In this document: positions 50,381 to 63,774 of the stretch, in pieces
How the letters are laid out: the number at the start of each line of letters is the position of its first letter
How positions within the stretch are numbered: the stretch's first letter is position 1
Assembly (NCBI RefSeq): GCF_006345805.1
Contig: NC_042997.1
Location: forward strand, 49,414,001 to 49,478,000
Direction of reading: 5' to 3'
Length of the DNA: 64,000 bases
DNA from: Octopus sinensis
Lineage: Eukaryota
The notes under the pieces: model-generated
Seen by the model: only the letters and a program-made list of their open reading frames with translations
What the model was told of the DNA's origin: nothing
Databases searched by the model: none
Position numbers and translations under genes: made by a program

Positions 50381-53152
50381 TGTATGTATGTATGTATGTA
50401 TGTATGTTTGTATGTATGTATGTATGTATGTATGTATATAACCGCCTCTTTGTAGACTGAAAAATATGATGAACAACATTAATCGATTTTAGAACCTTGT
50501 TGGATTCGTATCAGAGATATTTTCATCGTTCTGACCAACCAAAACTAGAGAAATAAGCAACCATTCTATTTTTATATTCAATAAATGCAATCCAGTAGTT
50601 AGAGAGAGCTGGGGCCACTAATTTGCATATTAAATGTGTTTAATATTTTGTTTAATATCATTGACCTCTCAACTGGGATCCCAATCCATACCGTAGCAAG
50701 TGATGATATGATACATGTAACCTATGCAGTAAATATATGAACCTGGAAAATTGAACTATTAATGCATTCAAAGGTCATACAAGTGTTGTTTTAAGCGAAA
50801 ATTGTTCTTGTATTTCACATCCAGTTTATGTGAGGATGCAGAGGGGCTGGCACGAGACTACCAGCCATAGGAAGGATCGGTGGACCTGGTCGGCTCTAAG
50901 CATAGTGACATCTCTGGGACTACTACCCTAAGATTACCCCAACCCCATCAAGCAAAAGCATGAAGCAACAAGCAGTTTGTGTGAGGGATATAATTTACTC
51001 ACCTGCCATACATATCGAAGACCTTGTTAAGGTACACGATGTTTTATTTATCACATCGTATTTTAGGTATTTAAGTATCCCAAAGGAATTCTCCGTAAAT
51101 TTGATTATATACCACAGTACGTGCCTCTTGGGAGTGGTATAGGTGCCAACAAATTTGTCTGGTTAGAAATATTCAGTGGAACTAAGACTACTGAGCTGAC
51201 CCTAATCGACAATGTACGCAGTGACCTCATAATAAACCTTTGGCGCTTCGAAGGATTATTATTTGATTACACGTTCATGGTCAGGAATGACAACTATTTG
51301 ATAACAAATGAACAACTTACTTCAACCTTGTATTTTCTGAACATTTTACGAACAATCGACCACTTGCGCTAACTACATACGCGCTTCACGTTGGTAATCA
51401 CGCAAGCCCGCGCACACACATTCACGTCTATGTATACGAGTATATGCATGTATAAAGGACTGTAAGTCAATGACTCTTTTGATAATTATTGTCCACTTTA
51501 ATGATCAGATGTTTACAATCGTTAGATTTGAAAATATCTAATCATTATAGTGCAAAAAAAAGAGAAAAATATCAAGAAAGTCATTCGTATTCACTTTTCC
51601 AAATAAACACTTCTGTACTATATATATATATATATATATATAGTATATCTTTGTCATTAGAATTTAGTCAATAACAATAACGGTATGTATGTATGTATGT
51701 ATGTATGTATGTATGTATGTATGTATGTATGTATTATTGTATGTATGTATTTATGTATGTATGTATGTATGTATGTATGTATGTATGTATGTATGTATGT
51801 ATGTATGTGTGTGTGTATGTATGTATGTATGTATGTATGTATGTATGTATGTATGTATGTATGTATGTATGTATGTATGTATGTATGCATGCATTCATGT
51901 TTGGAGATCAGTATAGAAAGAAATTGTGAGAACAACTCGCGCAAATTTCATCCAATTTTATGTGTATGTGTATATTTCTCTGTGTGTGTGTGTGTGTATG
52001 TATGTGCGTGCGTGTGTATGTGTCAATTAATGATATCATTCATTGTACTTCATATAAGATAACTGTGTGTGAAATAGGCCCGAGATCTAAGAATGGTTCC
52101 TGTGATAGACCGGTGCTGGAGTCTCAGTAAAAAATTCATATCGCATATCAAAAAGGCAGCAATAGAATGTGGGACAACCCAAATAACAGCATTGAAAAAT
52201 CCACTACAACTTATACACATGGACAATATGAAGGTATCTGGTCTGATGAAATAAAGCTTCACGAACGAATATATAAATGTCCTATTTCAAGTGCCAGCAA
52301 TTTGAGTTGACTATAACAATGAACCCATTGAAAAACCCCCGCAATATGAATGAATAATTGTCTGTTATGTATATATAACTTTTGCTTTGTCAAGAAAGTG
52401 ACACCGGATGAGAATGAAGATTACATTAGCGAACGCTCTTCTCTTCCCACTGCCCAACAATCTGAGAAATTATTCTTGGTTGTGTCTTTATGAGCCAGAA
52501 CTGCATATCATTTACAGTTCATACATTTTTAAGATTTTGTCTCTCTCGTTTATTGCTATGTCTATTGTCTAGTTAAATGGGCTGCAGAAGTAGTTTCTTC
52601 AAAACAACAGAATACGCCCATATACTCTACCATATAAGATTCTCTGGTAATCATTAGCAAGTCATTATTTTTAAAGACATTACTGTACAAACATTCATAC
52701 ATACATTTACGTACAAATTCATCACATTATTGACGTGCATGTATTAATTAAATATTTACATTATCATACAAAGATACATACCCATAACAAATACACCCTT
52801 TCTACGCATGAACTATACACATCGTTCTTTTTCTTATTGTTTCGTCAAAGAACGAAATACAGTGCTCACAAGTCCTTCGTCTTTGCTGGGGGTCTCTGAA
52901 ACTTGAAGGGGAAAAGATGAAAGCTATTTTCCAACTAAAGACATGTTCCAAATATCTGCAATAGAGAGAACTCCGCTGAAGGCACCCAAGGACCAGACGT
53001 TGGTGTTAAACCGGGATATAACCCCGGCAATAGATTTCATGTGTCAACCGCCCAAGAACTCAGATAAAAAAGGGCAAGATTAAATACAAGATAACTCGTT
53101 CGGCGTAAGGCATCTCATCTGAAAATTTTCGTCAATCTACTATTTTATTTTT

Positions 53153-53363
53153 TTACTCTTTTACTTGTTTCAGTCATTTGACTGTGGCCATGCTGGAGCA
53201 CCACCTTTAGTCGAGCAAATCGACCCCGGGACTTATTCTTTGTAAGCCTAGTACTTATTCTATCAGTTCTTTTGCCGAACCGCTAAGTTACGGGGACGTA
53301 AACACACCAGCATCGGTTGTTAAGCGATAATGGGGGGACAAATACAGACACACACACACACAA

Positions 53364-53403
<40 letters not shown>

Positions 53404-53599
53404 TATATATATTATATATATATTATATACATATATACGACGGGCTTCTTTCAGTTTCCGTCAATCAAATTCACTCACAAGGCTTTGGTCGGCCCGAGGC
53501 TATAGTAGAAGACACTTGCCCAAGGTGCCACGCAATGGGACTGAACCTGGAACCATGTGGTTGGTAAGCAAGCTACTTACCACATAGTCACTCCTACGC
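53153..53599 (-). mobile_element. SINE family B, full length
   Basis: Same modules as 22730-23132. Confidence 0.92.
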
Positions 53600-54202
53600 T
53601 GAGGAAGAAAAGTGCGAAAATATCAAAACTTGGTTGCTTTTCACGAAGGAGCTTGAGAAAGAAGATTCCCGAAACTTTTATATTATTTTCATATAAGAAC
53701 TGAAAAAGTATTAAGAAGAGCAACACCAGAAATGCTCCAAGATGATTCGGTTACAAAACTGAAATATGCGTCTGGTTCAGCAGTTCTCAAAAAAAAAAAA
53801 AACATAAAGAAGCTTGTCTTAAAGTACTTAGTTTTTACTTAGTTGTGATATTTCATTAAAATTGCTGACATGGTTACAAAAATTCCGTTTTGGTGAGAAA
53901 TCTAATTTTTCTCTTTTATTGTCATATCAATTTCAGAGCAGTATAGTTTATATAGTATATTTTATTTCAAGTAATATTTGTAGATTCATATGGATCGAGA
54001 AACTAGTTTCAACTTTGTGTAAGAACACAAAGCAGAAAGTTTCTCATATGAAACGAATTTGTCTATGGAGGTATTCATTTCGTTATGGAAAAAGCAGCAT
54101 GTAGCATTTGCATAGTATTGTGTGAAACTGATAGCAGCAGCACTAATTATCAAAAACAATTCAAAACGAGTTTTCAGCAACATTTGCGAGGTTTTTCATA
54201 TA

Positions 54203-54320
54203 TCTCCTTCTTTCTTTCTTTCTTTCTTTCTTTCTTTCCTTCTTTCCTGAGCGTCCAATAATACTATATTTGTTCCACGTCCTCGCGTTGTTGTGTTTTT
54301 TGTGCTTTCTTGTTGGATTA

Positions 54321-54332
<12 letters not shown>
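54203..54332 (+). mobile_element. Family C copy lacking the hammerhead, starting just downstream of the predicted cleavage site
   Basis: CTCCTTC(TTTC)nTTTCCTGAGCGTCCAATAATACTATATTTGTTCCACGTCCTCGCG.. near-identical to 55620-55722. Confidence 0.8.
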
Positions 54333-54414
<82 letters not shown>

Positions 54415-54416
54415 CA

Positions 54417-54478
<62 letters not shown>

Positions 54479-54535
54479 TCTGTATGTATATATTAATATA
54501 TGTATATATATATAAATACATACATACATTTATAT

Positions 54536-54860
54536 AAAATTATAATTTAAGGTATCTAAGAGATACCATCACGCTGGAAATAACAGTCAAAACCTAACTC
54601 TAAAACCACACTAAATGTTCATACAGCACCCGGAGAGAAGACAAAGCTATCTGAGTATATTCCACTGATGAAGGCAAAGCATTTCTTATGCAAACCAAGA
54701 AATCCGGGATCTGGAATTATCCAGTAATTTTTTGCTAGTATATTTTGCCTCTTTGTCTTCCTCCTGGTGCTGTATGAACATTAAATGTGGTTTTAGAATC
54801 AGGTTTTGACTGCTATTTCCGGCGTGGTGGTATCTCTTATATACCCTAAATTATAATTTT
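54536..54860. mobile_element. Fold-back element: ~110-bp inverted arms (about 90% identical by eye) around a 104-bp loop
   Basis: Left arm 54536-54646 and right arm 54751-54860; embedded in (TA)-rich sequence. Confidence 0.92.
54659..54717 (+). ncRNA. Type I hammerhead fold in the loop of the fold-back; predicted AUC cleavage after 54711
   Basis: ATTCCA-CTGATGA-A-GG.AAA-GCAT(TTCTT)ATGC-AAA-CC-AA-GAAA-TCCGGGA-TC-TGGAAT: perfect 6-bp stem I and near-palindromic stem III. Two extra A before GAAA may inactivate this copy. Confidence 0.65.
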
Positions 54861-55112
54861 AAATGATTATTACCTTTGAAAGTTTTTTATTCCCATGCTG
54901 GCCATCTGATAGGATCGTTATTTAAATTTAAATTTAATTTGTCAAAATATTTTCGTAGCTTTGAGACCGCGACCTGTTAATTGACAAAATTCCGAGCTTA
55001 TAAACACCTTCCACGCTGCAATTGTTTTCGTTCCAGCACACGATCTCAGATCAGGTCACTTGCTATGCAAGTACATCTCCGTAACACACACACACACGCA
55101 CACACATACATA

Positions 55113-55147
<35 letters not shown>

Positions 55148-55195
55148 CGCACACACACACACACATGTATATATATATACATATATATATACATA

Positions 55196-55374
55196 CGAGG
55201 GGTTGCTGAAAAGTTCCTGGCTTTGGGTAAAAATGAGTACAGGAGGATCAGTTAATTATGATTTTATTCAATGTACCAGTTTTCCTAAGCCCTGTAAAAG
55301 AACTCGGAGTATTGGGCCTCCAGCCAGGCCTTCCGCGATACCCTTAAAGCCAGAAACTTTTTAATACGCCCTCG
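55196..55374 (-). mobile_element. Mariner-derived MITE, same family as 11179-11376
   Basis: TIRs CGAGGGGTTGCTGAAAAGTTCCTGGCTTT / AAAGCCAGAAACTTTTTAATACGCCCTCG; interior collinear with the 11179 copy. Confidence 0.85.
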
Positions 55375-55391
55375 GTGTGTGTGCGCGTGTA

Positions 55392-55472
<81 letters not shown>

Positions 55473-55529
55473 TGTGTGTGTGTGTGTGTGTTGTGTTTGT
55501 ATATGTATCAAAATGTGACCTCGTGTGTA

Positions 55530-55719
55530 CCGTTGGCGATTTTTTTACTCTGTCTTCCCTTCTCTGGATCTTTCCTTCTCCTATGTTTCCGACGAAGAAC
55601 TCCGCTCAAAACGTTAAACCCTCCTTCTTTCCTTCTTTCCTGAGCGTCCAATAATACTATATTTGTTCCACATCCTCGCGTTGTTGTGTTTTTTTGTGCT
55701 TTCTTGTTTGGATTAACTT

Positions 55720-55722
<3 letters not shown>
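55530..55722 (+). mobile_element. Hammerhead repeat family C, core mutated
   Basis: TGTTT-CCGACGA-A-GAACTCCGCTC-AAAA-CGTT-AAAC. Confidence 0.8.
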
Positions 55723-55791
<69 letters not shown>

Positions 55792-56138
55792 ATTATATGT
55801 ATGTATGTATGTGTGTGTGTGTGTAATTCGAAAACACCAGTATTCTTTTATTCTTTTCTTTCACTTGTTTCAATCATTTGACTGCGGCTAGTGTTTAAAA
55901 CTTTGAAGTGGCTTCACAAAACCATATCCCTAATGTAAAATATCACCCGATGAAAGGACGTCAATATCTACTTCTGCCTTAGCATCAATATTAAAAGAGG
56001 AATGTTGGGGACATTCCACAAAAAAACCAGTTCTATCTTTATATTAAACCTTTTAACCTTTCTTTTTATAATTCATCATCTTCCTAAGTTTTAGTATAGT
56101 TATCAGTAAGGTCTGTAACTTCTGTATTTTTCGTATCA

Positions 56139-56272
56139 GGACAATTACCCCCCTAGGGCAATTCCCCCTGACGATAACTACCCTCTAGAACAATTACCCC
56201 CTTGGTTAATTACACCCCACTCAATTATTTTAAGAAGTTTTAAATCCTCATCTGTTGGCCTCAGGGGTAATT
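56139..56272. repeat. Four to five tandem (G/A)ACAATTACCCC-like motifs plus one inverted copy
   Basis: GGACAATTACCCCC, GGCAATTCCCCC, GATAACTACCC, AACAATTACCCCC and inverted GGGGTAATTGTCC; probably subterminal repeats of a DNA transposon. Confidence 0.7.
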
Positions 56273-56602
56273 GTCCTTGGTGGGGGGTGCGGTAGACTCG
56301 TATCTTCTTATCTGCTGTTAAATCAGACAGTTTAAAAATTATAGATTTATTTCTTCCAGCTGAGCTTCAGCTAAAATCTAACCGTTTTGCTGATAGTGAG
56401 CATGTTTCCTCGCGAAAACACGTCCACAAGACATCATCATCTAATCAAATTTAAGCTTCAGTATTTCTTGTACCTCTTGAAAAAGCATAGAATGTGTCAC
56501 GTGGTACGCAGCTAACTGACGTTGATAAAAGTGATCTCACTTAATATAAAACGTCTGTAATGACTATCTCTCAGATATGTCCAGTTTTCAAGATTAATTG
56601 TA

Positions 56603-56810
56603 TACATTATTTACATTATTTACATTATTTACATTATTTACATTTGACGGATATTTATCCTCATCTTGTTTGTTGTTAACACAACGTTTCGGCTGATATA
56701 CCCTCCAGCTTTCATCAGGTGTCTTGGGGAAATTTCGAACCTGGGTTCTCATTCCTAAGGTATTTTTCGATGTTGTTGTTGTTGTTGTCGTCGTTGTTGA
56801 ATTCTTCACG
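56603..56810 (-). mobile_element. Short retroposon-like element with a hammerhead and a 9-bp tandem 3' tail
   Basis: (AAC)n, GAAAAATACCTTAGGAATGAGAACCCAGG, hammerhead, then (AAATAATGT) four times. Confidence 0.75.
56678..56723 (-). ncRNA. Minimal type I hammerhead, predicted GUU cleavage between 56683 and 56682
   Basis: GACAC-CTGATGA-A-AGCTG(GAGGGTATAT)CAGCC-GAAA-CGTT-GTGTT: 5-bp stem I, 4-bp stem II plus an A.C basal mismatch, ACGT palindrome. Confidence 0.72.
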
Positions 56811-57314
56811 TACGATGTTTACTTTCCTTGCTAATGGACTGGTAATATCCACAAGGAAGCGGTTCAGTGGATGACATGCTGAACCTCTACAGCTCACTAT
56901 AGATCTTAATTGTATAGTCTTCCACTATGCTTAATTATGTTGCTCTCACTGTCAATATATTGATGATTGGAGTGCTACAAGTATTATCTATTACCAAATT
57001 TGATAAGCTTTCAAAGATGAAAACTGAGATACTTGGTCGTTATGCTTACAAGCTGGATTTTCAACCTAAAACATAATTGAGTTAAAATTTAATGTTTGTA
57101 TCAGCATTTTTTACCTGGACATGTGTATCTAAATATGAATTAGGAGTATTCATCAGCAATAACCAAAATGTGCTGTTTTTTTTGTACAGGTTTCCTATAG
57201 TCCCAGGAAGTCAATAGACAATCCTAACAATGGCCAAGAAACATGTACTATGTTGAGTGTTGAGGAAATTGAGAAAAAGCAAAGTTCGAAGAAACTAAAT
57301 CAAAAGCCATTATT

Positions 57315-57720
57315 CTTTTATTCTTTTACTTCAGTCATTTGACTACAGCCATGCTGGAGCACCGTCTTGAAGGGTGTTAGTCAACAAATCGACCCCAGGA
57401 CTTATTTCTTAAACCTAGTATCTATTCTATCGGTTATCTTTTGCCGAACCGCTAGGTTATGGGGGCGTAAACTCACCAACACCGGTTGTCAAGCACTGAT
57501 GGGGACAAACACAAACTTAGAGACACACACACAAACACGCACACACATACACACATATACGACGGTCTTCTTTCAGTTTCCGTCCACCAAATCCACTCAC
57601 AAGGCTTTGGACAGTCCGAGGCTATAGTAGAAGACATTTGCCCAAGGTGCCATGCAGTGGGAGTGAACCTGGAACCATGTGGTTGGGAAGCAAGCTTCTT
57701 ACCACACAGACACGCTTTCG
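57315..57720 (-). mobile_element. SINE family B variant
   Basis: Head, body and TTTTACTTCAGTCATTTGAC tail. Confidence 0.88.
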
Positions 57721-60158
57721 CTATTATTGATTTTCTCTAAATTTTGGTTCCACTTCTTTATATTTTTGTCATCATAGTATAACAATCAATCTTTATAAGC
57801 AAATGTTGAATTTAGATAATTAACTGTAATCATGTGATCAATTATTCCTTGGAAAGTAGTTACCTCATTATTCAAATGAAAATACATTTTACAAAATTGG
57901 TATAACTTATATTCCACTACTTCCAATTGTCGTAATGGGTTGATTATCAATTTATAGTGGAATTCAATATTAACTCTGCTAAATAAAGAATATTCTGAGA
58001 TGTCATTTGCCAAAAATAAAATTGAAGGGAAGGAATAAGCGTCCGAAAATGTCAGCATTTTGTGTATAAGATATACTAATTTCAATAAATGTAAAGTTTC
58101 GAAAAAAAATAAAAGAAGTAAAATATCTTTTACAAAACAAATTGACTATGAATAGTACCAACTTAATAATTATTATCAAGACTACAAAAATTCCGAGATT
58201 TGTCATTCGTAATAGTTATGCCAAAATTGAAAGTGTCGGTAAACTACTAATATATCTAATCCGCATACTTTTGTTAACAGATGCAAAACTTTCGCCCTGC
58301 AATAAACGTACACAAAGATAATATATTATCTTAAATATCGTTTTTATTTCAAATATTGTCGTTTAGAGTAGCATTATAAATAGTAAAACCTGCAATTACT
58401 TTCTTGTTTGTCGAAGAAGCCACAGCAATTAAAGAAGTAGATTTTTACAGGCAATTTCATAACAGGGAGAAGAAAGTCGAATAAATTTTTCAGTACTTCC
58501 TGAATCAATTAAAAATGTCAACATCTTTATTATTTATTATAGCTGTAACTACTGACGTTTGAATAGAATGTGAAACAGCTGCAATTGCTGTAAAAATGGC
58601 ACTTGATGACATTATTATCATTAGGTTGTTGCTATTCCTTTAGTTTTGACACTTTTTCCACATGATTGACAAAGAGATTCCTCGAGAGGGCAATCTTGTC
58701 GGTTATGAATTTTTACAACACACGCACAAAATCCTATTTATAATCATTTTTAATAGCAGCTAGATAATAGGAATTATATTGACCGTCTTTTAAAGGGTCA
58801 GGTATCGTTTCAACGGAATTTATTACAGTTGTGAATTGTAGCAGTTAGCATTTATCTGAGCCTTTAGTAATATTGTTTTCGTTATATTGTTTTAGTTATA
58901 TTGTATCATATAATTTTGATTCGGCTATATTGTAAAGCAATCCTCGATGCATATCAACGAAGGTGTGTAATAAAGGAATCGCTTGTCCTTTTATACGACA
59001 TTTAATGACAGACATAACTTTAAAACAATAGTCTCTTCTTAAAAGTCGTAAGGCATGAATAAAGTCTGGGTTAGATTTTGATGCTTATTGCTTACAAACT
59101 GCTAATAAGTAACGGGAGAAATGTATACGTTTTTAAAAATTTTTTAATACAATCAGTAAAGATGTTACACAATATATGTTAATAAATTTTTGTGGAAATG
59201 TATTTTATCTTCTTCCGGCAGTGGTAGTAGTGGTGGTGGGGTTTGTTGTTTGCCGTAATTATTATTTTTTTTTACAAACAAGAAGTCCTCACTGGATTCT
59301 GGACTCGGGTCTACCTGCATAGTTTTTCTCACTTAATTGTGAGAATTGTTGTGTTTGGGGGCGTATCTTGCTTCCAAAAGTACCATACCAATATAATCAC
59401 TGTGCACAAGCTAGATAAATATAAAATAAGCTTTGCTGTAAAAAAAAAAAGTACGTTATCGTGATGGCATCTTGCTGGAAGGGTTTGAATAGTGATATCC
59501 GTATAGTGTTTTTCATATTTGAAAACGACAATATGCATTTTGAAGAAATTTTGGTTACATGTATTTTTAACAGGGTGTTCGTAAAGGCATATCTATCGAG
59601 TAGCTCTCTGTTACCTCACTCTCTCTCTCTCTCTCTTTCTCTCCATTTATAAAATATATGTTCGTATGTGTGTGTATACATACGCATGTATGCACATATA
59701 CATAGGTAAACGGTGAAAAAGATTGATGCACACAGATGGGACAAATTACAAGGTAGAGCTTTTCTTTTTGGGGATGTAAAAAAAAAGTGAGGTAGGTTTT
59801 CGATCAAAAGGGATCGTAAAAGGGAAAAAAGGAAAAAAAGAAAAAAGGAAAAGAAACAAAAGAAAAGAAAAAAAGAAAAAAAGAAGAAAAAAAGAAAAAA
59901 GGGGAAAAGGAAAACAAAACGATCAATAGGGACCGTGTATCACAGTGTCATGATGTACGGTGTAAGGGGGAAGTAGACAAGGTTTATCCGTGGGCAGAAA
60001 AGCCTACGAAAAAGACCACGGTAACCTCGGTCAATATTGTTATATGTTACCACATTTGTTTGCAAGTGGGTAACCCTCCGTTTTCAATTTCTGGGTTCAT
60101 AGGATTATGCTCAAGGTGGCTTCGTCATTCATACGTGCCATCCTTGCTACATTCACCC

Positions 60159-60190
<32 letters not shown>

Positions 60191-60212
60191 TTAGATAGAT
60201 GGACATACAGAA

Positions 60213-60243
<31 letters not shown>

Positions 60244-60844
60244 TAGATAGACAGACGCGCACACACACACACACACACAATGAATGAAATATGAGTGACA
60301 GGAAATGATGGCCTAGTTTGAATCGAGCACAGCTTTGTGCATTCTTCCCATTCGTTGTTTTCTAACAATCACCTCTCGACCGTCGTCCGCCACCCGCGGT
60401 TGCTAACGTAATTCGATTCTTGTCACAGTCAATAACCACAGATTTGGTCAATCACCTATCACCGACCAGCGCGGAGACACGAAGAAACCTTCTTAACCAC
60501 TCACCCGCTCATACCTTACGCTAGCTCTTCGTAGTACTCTTATTATGCACGTAGAGTTATACGTATGCAGACATACATATAAATACAGATGTCGTTTGAA
60601 CTTACATTGTTATACGCCGCCGCTAAAGTCTTGTTTTAGCACCGACTTCTGTGTCTACCTGTCTACCTACCTACCTACCTACCTACCTACCTACCTACCT
60701 ACCTACCTACCTACATACATACATACATACATACATACATACATGCATACATACATGCCTGCCTGCCTGCCTACCTACATACCTACCTACCTACATTCCT
60801 ATATATCTGTTCATCCCATCAATCCATCCATCCACCATCCATTC

Positions 60845-60879
<35 letters not shown>

Positions 60880-60954
60880 AACCTGTCTGTCTGTCTGTCT
60901 GTCTATTTGCATGTTTCACTCCCTTACCATGCAAATTAACATTAAAATGACGTA

Positions 60955-61310
60955 ATTGTCTCCTTAGATTGACTCTTCCTTTCACTCCTTCGGAGTCGAT
61001 TAAATAAGTTCAAGTTGAAAACCTGGGGTCGATTTAATCCACTTATCCCCTCCTCGAAAGTACTGGCCTTCTGCCAAAATTTGAATTCGATAAATGCAGC
61101 AGTGACCTGGCAGAATGGTTAGCACGCCGAGCAAAATGCTTCCCGGCATTTTATCTGTCTCCGCGTTCTGAGTTCAAATTTTGCCGAGGCCGACTTTGCC
61201 TTTCATCCTTTCGGGGCCGATGAAATAAGTACCAGTTGAACACTGGAGTCGATGTAATCGACTTAATTCCTCCCCTGAAAATCCTGGCCTTGTGCCAAGA
61301 TTTGAATCCT
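60955..61310 (+). mobile_element. Two adjacent SINE A copies
   Basis: Core CCTTTCACTCCTTCGGAGTCGAT and GCCTTTCATCCTTTCGGGGCCGAT with GGCCTT.TGCCAA tails. Confidence 0.85.
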
Positions 61311-61651
61311 ATTTTACATTCTTCAATTCAGAACACCCTATTCTGTCCGAGTGTGTGCTGCTGAAATTGGGGCGCGACTTTCTATGCCTGTGCGTCTTTT
61401 ATGCCATCAAATACAATAATGTATTTGGTAGTAACTCTTCTCTTTCGTATACTATTATCATTATCATCAACACTACTACCGTCATCACCACCACCACCAC
61501 AACCACCATCACCACAACTACAACTACTACCACAACGCCAATTACTCCTTCTATCACCACTCCTGCTACTACTACGGCTACTGTTGTTGCTGCTGCTCCA
61601 GCTGCTATCGTCGACCGCATTTCATTTTCACTACAAAATTTCTCTATTTGG

Positions 61652-62050
61652 AAGGCGGCGAGCTGGCAGAAACGTTAGCACGCCGGGCGAAAAGCGTAGC
61701 CGTATTTCGTCTGTAGTTACGTTCTGAGTTCAAATTCCGCCGAGGTCGACGTTGCCTTTCATCCTTTCGGGGTCGATAAATTAAGTACCAGTTACGCACT
61801 TGGGTCGATCTAATCGACTTAATCCCTTTGGCTGTCTTTCTTTGTCCTCTGTATGTTTAGCCCCTTGTGGGCAGTAAAGAAATAAGAAACGTTAGCACGC
61901 CGGGCGAAATGCTTATCGGCATTTCATCTGTCTTTATGTTCTGAGTTCAAATTTCGCCGAGGTCGACTTTGTTTTTCATCCTTTCAGAGTCGTTAAATTA
62001 AGTACCAGCTGGCTACTGGCATCGATCTAATCGACTGGCCTTGTGCTTAG
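61652..62050 (+). mobile_element. SINE A nested in, or tandem with, another SINE A
   Basis: AGAAACGTTAGCACGCCGGGCGAAA is duplicated at 61668 and 61885; the tail AAATAAGA runs straight into the second head. Confidence 0.9.
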
Positions 62051-62692
62051 AGTCGAACCCCACCCCCCGAATATCTTCATACTTGGTTGTCAACTTCTGT
62101 TTCATTTCACACCTCTTCCAACATCTCATTTCCTTTTTAGATCGATCTGAACGAAATTTCCTTTGTTTATACACGTATGTTTGCATACATAAATAGCTAC
62201 AGACATAAATACACATGCCCGCACACCACACACACAGTAATATTTCGATATATGAGTTAATTCGTTCTCGGAGAACGCCCGTAAAGTGGAAACTCATAAA
62301 GCCGAGCAATGATTTCCCCTAGTAGCAATGTTATAAATCGTAATTCGTTCAAGAAAAATATTTTACCTATAAAATTTATAATACTCGTAAATAAATGGCA
62401 ATAAAAACACTGTAAAGTGTGAAGAATATTTAATGTTAAATAAAAAGAATATCAAGATCGCCGATTCACGAGCCCTCGTTGAAGGGACTTGTGGATTCCC
62501 TTTTAAAAAGCAAGTCTAGAGATGTTTGCTTAGAAGAAGCTTTTTTCGCTCTCTATAAAATTCTCGGTAACATGCAGGAGTAGAAACTTTTTCACATCGT
62601 TCAAAATTTGGATCTTGTGCTTCATAAATTTCAGCCCACAACACAAAAGTGAGGTATTATTGTACACGCATATACATACACACTTTAATCTA

Positions 62693-62758
<66 letters not shown>

Positions 62759-62799
62759 GGTCTGTCTCTCTGTATATGCTCAATTAATCTTTTTTACTC

Positions 62800-63150
62800 T
62801 AGGCGCAAGGCCCAAAATTTTGGGGGAGAGGGCCAGTCCATTAGATCGACCCAGTACACAACTGGTACTTCATTTATTAACCCTGAAAGGATGAAAGGCA
62901 AACTCGACCTCAGCGGAATCTGAACTCAGAACGTAACAACTGACGAAATACCTATTTCTTTACTACCCACAAGGGGCTAAACACAGAGAGGACAAACAAG
63001 GACAGACAAACGGTTTAAGTCGATTATATCGACCCCAGTGCGTAACTGGTACTTATTTAATCGACCCCGAAAGGATGAAAGGCAAAGTCGACCTCGGCGG
63101 CAGACGAAATACCGCTAGGCATTTCGCCCGGCGCGCTAACGTTTCTGCCA
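62800..63150 (-). mobile_element. SINE A tail fused to a second 5'-truncated SINE A
   Basis: Minus-strand junction GTAAAGAAATA|GGTATTTCGTC at 62953/62952. Confidence 0.88.
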
Positions 63151-63362
63151 TCTCAATTAATGTTACATCTATGACCTCATTATATCTGATTGTGGGTGTG
63201 TTGCTTGTACGGCTCTCATCTCAAAATAAGAAAATGGGGGAACGAAACTGTCGCCCTGACTTCCTAAAAAAAAAAGGGGTACATAAAAAGCAGCCCATCG
63301 AAACTGGTAAAAAAAAGCAAGTGGAGAAAAGACATCACTAACTTGCAAACGAACAACTAAGG

Positions 63363-63395
<33 letters not shown>

Positions 63396-63410
63396 CACAC
63401 ACACACAACA

Positions 63411-63460
<50 letters not shown>

Positions 63461-63774
63461 TACACACGCACACATGTTTGTATGTGAGTGTGTGTATATA
63501 TATATATATATATATAATAAAAGCAAATATATCCTGAATTTCAAAACAATTTCTTCCTGTAAAGAAGTATAAGGGCAAAATTATAATAAAATTGAAAACT
63601 CTTTACTTCCTGTTGGTATTTTGCGTAGCGTCCGTATGTTTGGCTCTCGACGCATACGAACATGATCGAATTTCATTCTGTACGTTACCCAAGTTAAATT
63701 TCCTGAGAAAAACTGTTCGTTATTCAATTTGCTCGTTTAGAGAACCGTATATGGATACCCATTGTATATTCTTT

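Noticed and set aside
51121-51372. 83-aa non-repetitive ORF
   Set aside because: It has a GTG start, no motif and no splice support.
52235-52285. CTGATGAAATAAAGCTTCACGAAC as a hammerhead
   Set aside because: It needs several substitutions to form stem II, and stem I is absent.
57170-57260. Acceptor TTTTTTTTGTACAG followed by VSYSPRKSIDNPNNGQEHVLC*
   Set aside because: Single short unrecognised frame with no upstream exons found; RNA data would be needed.
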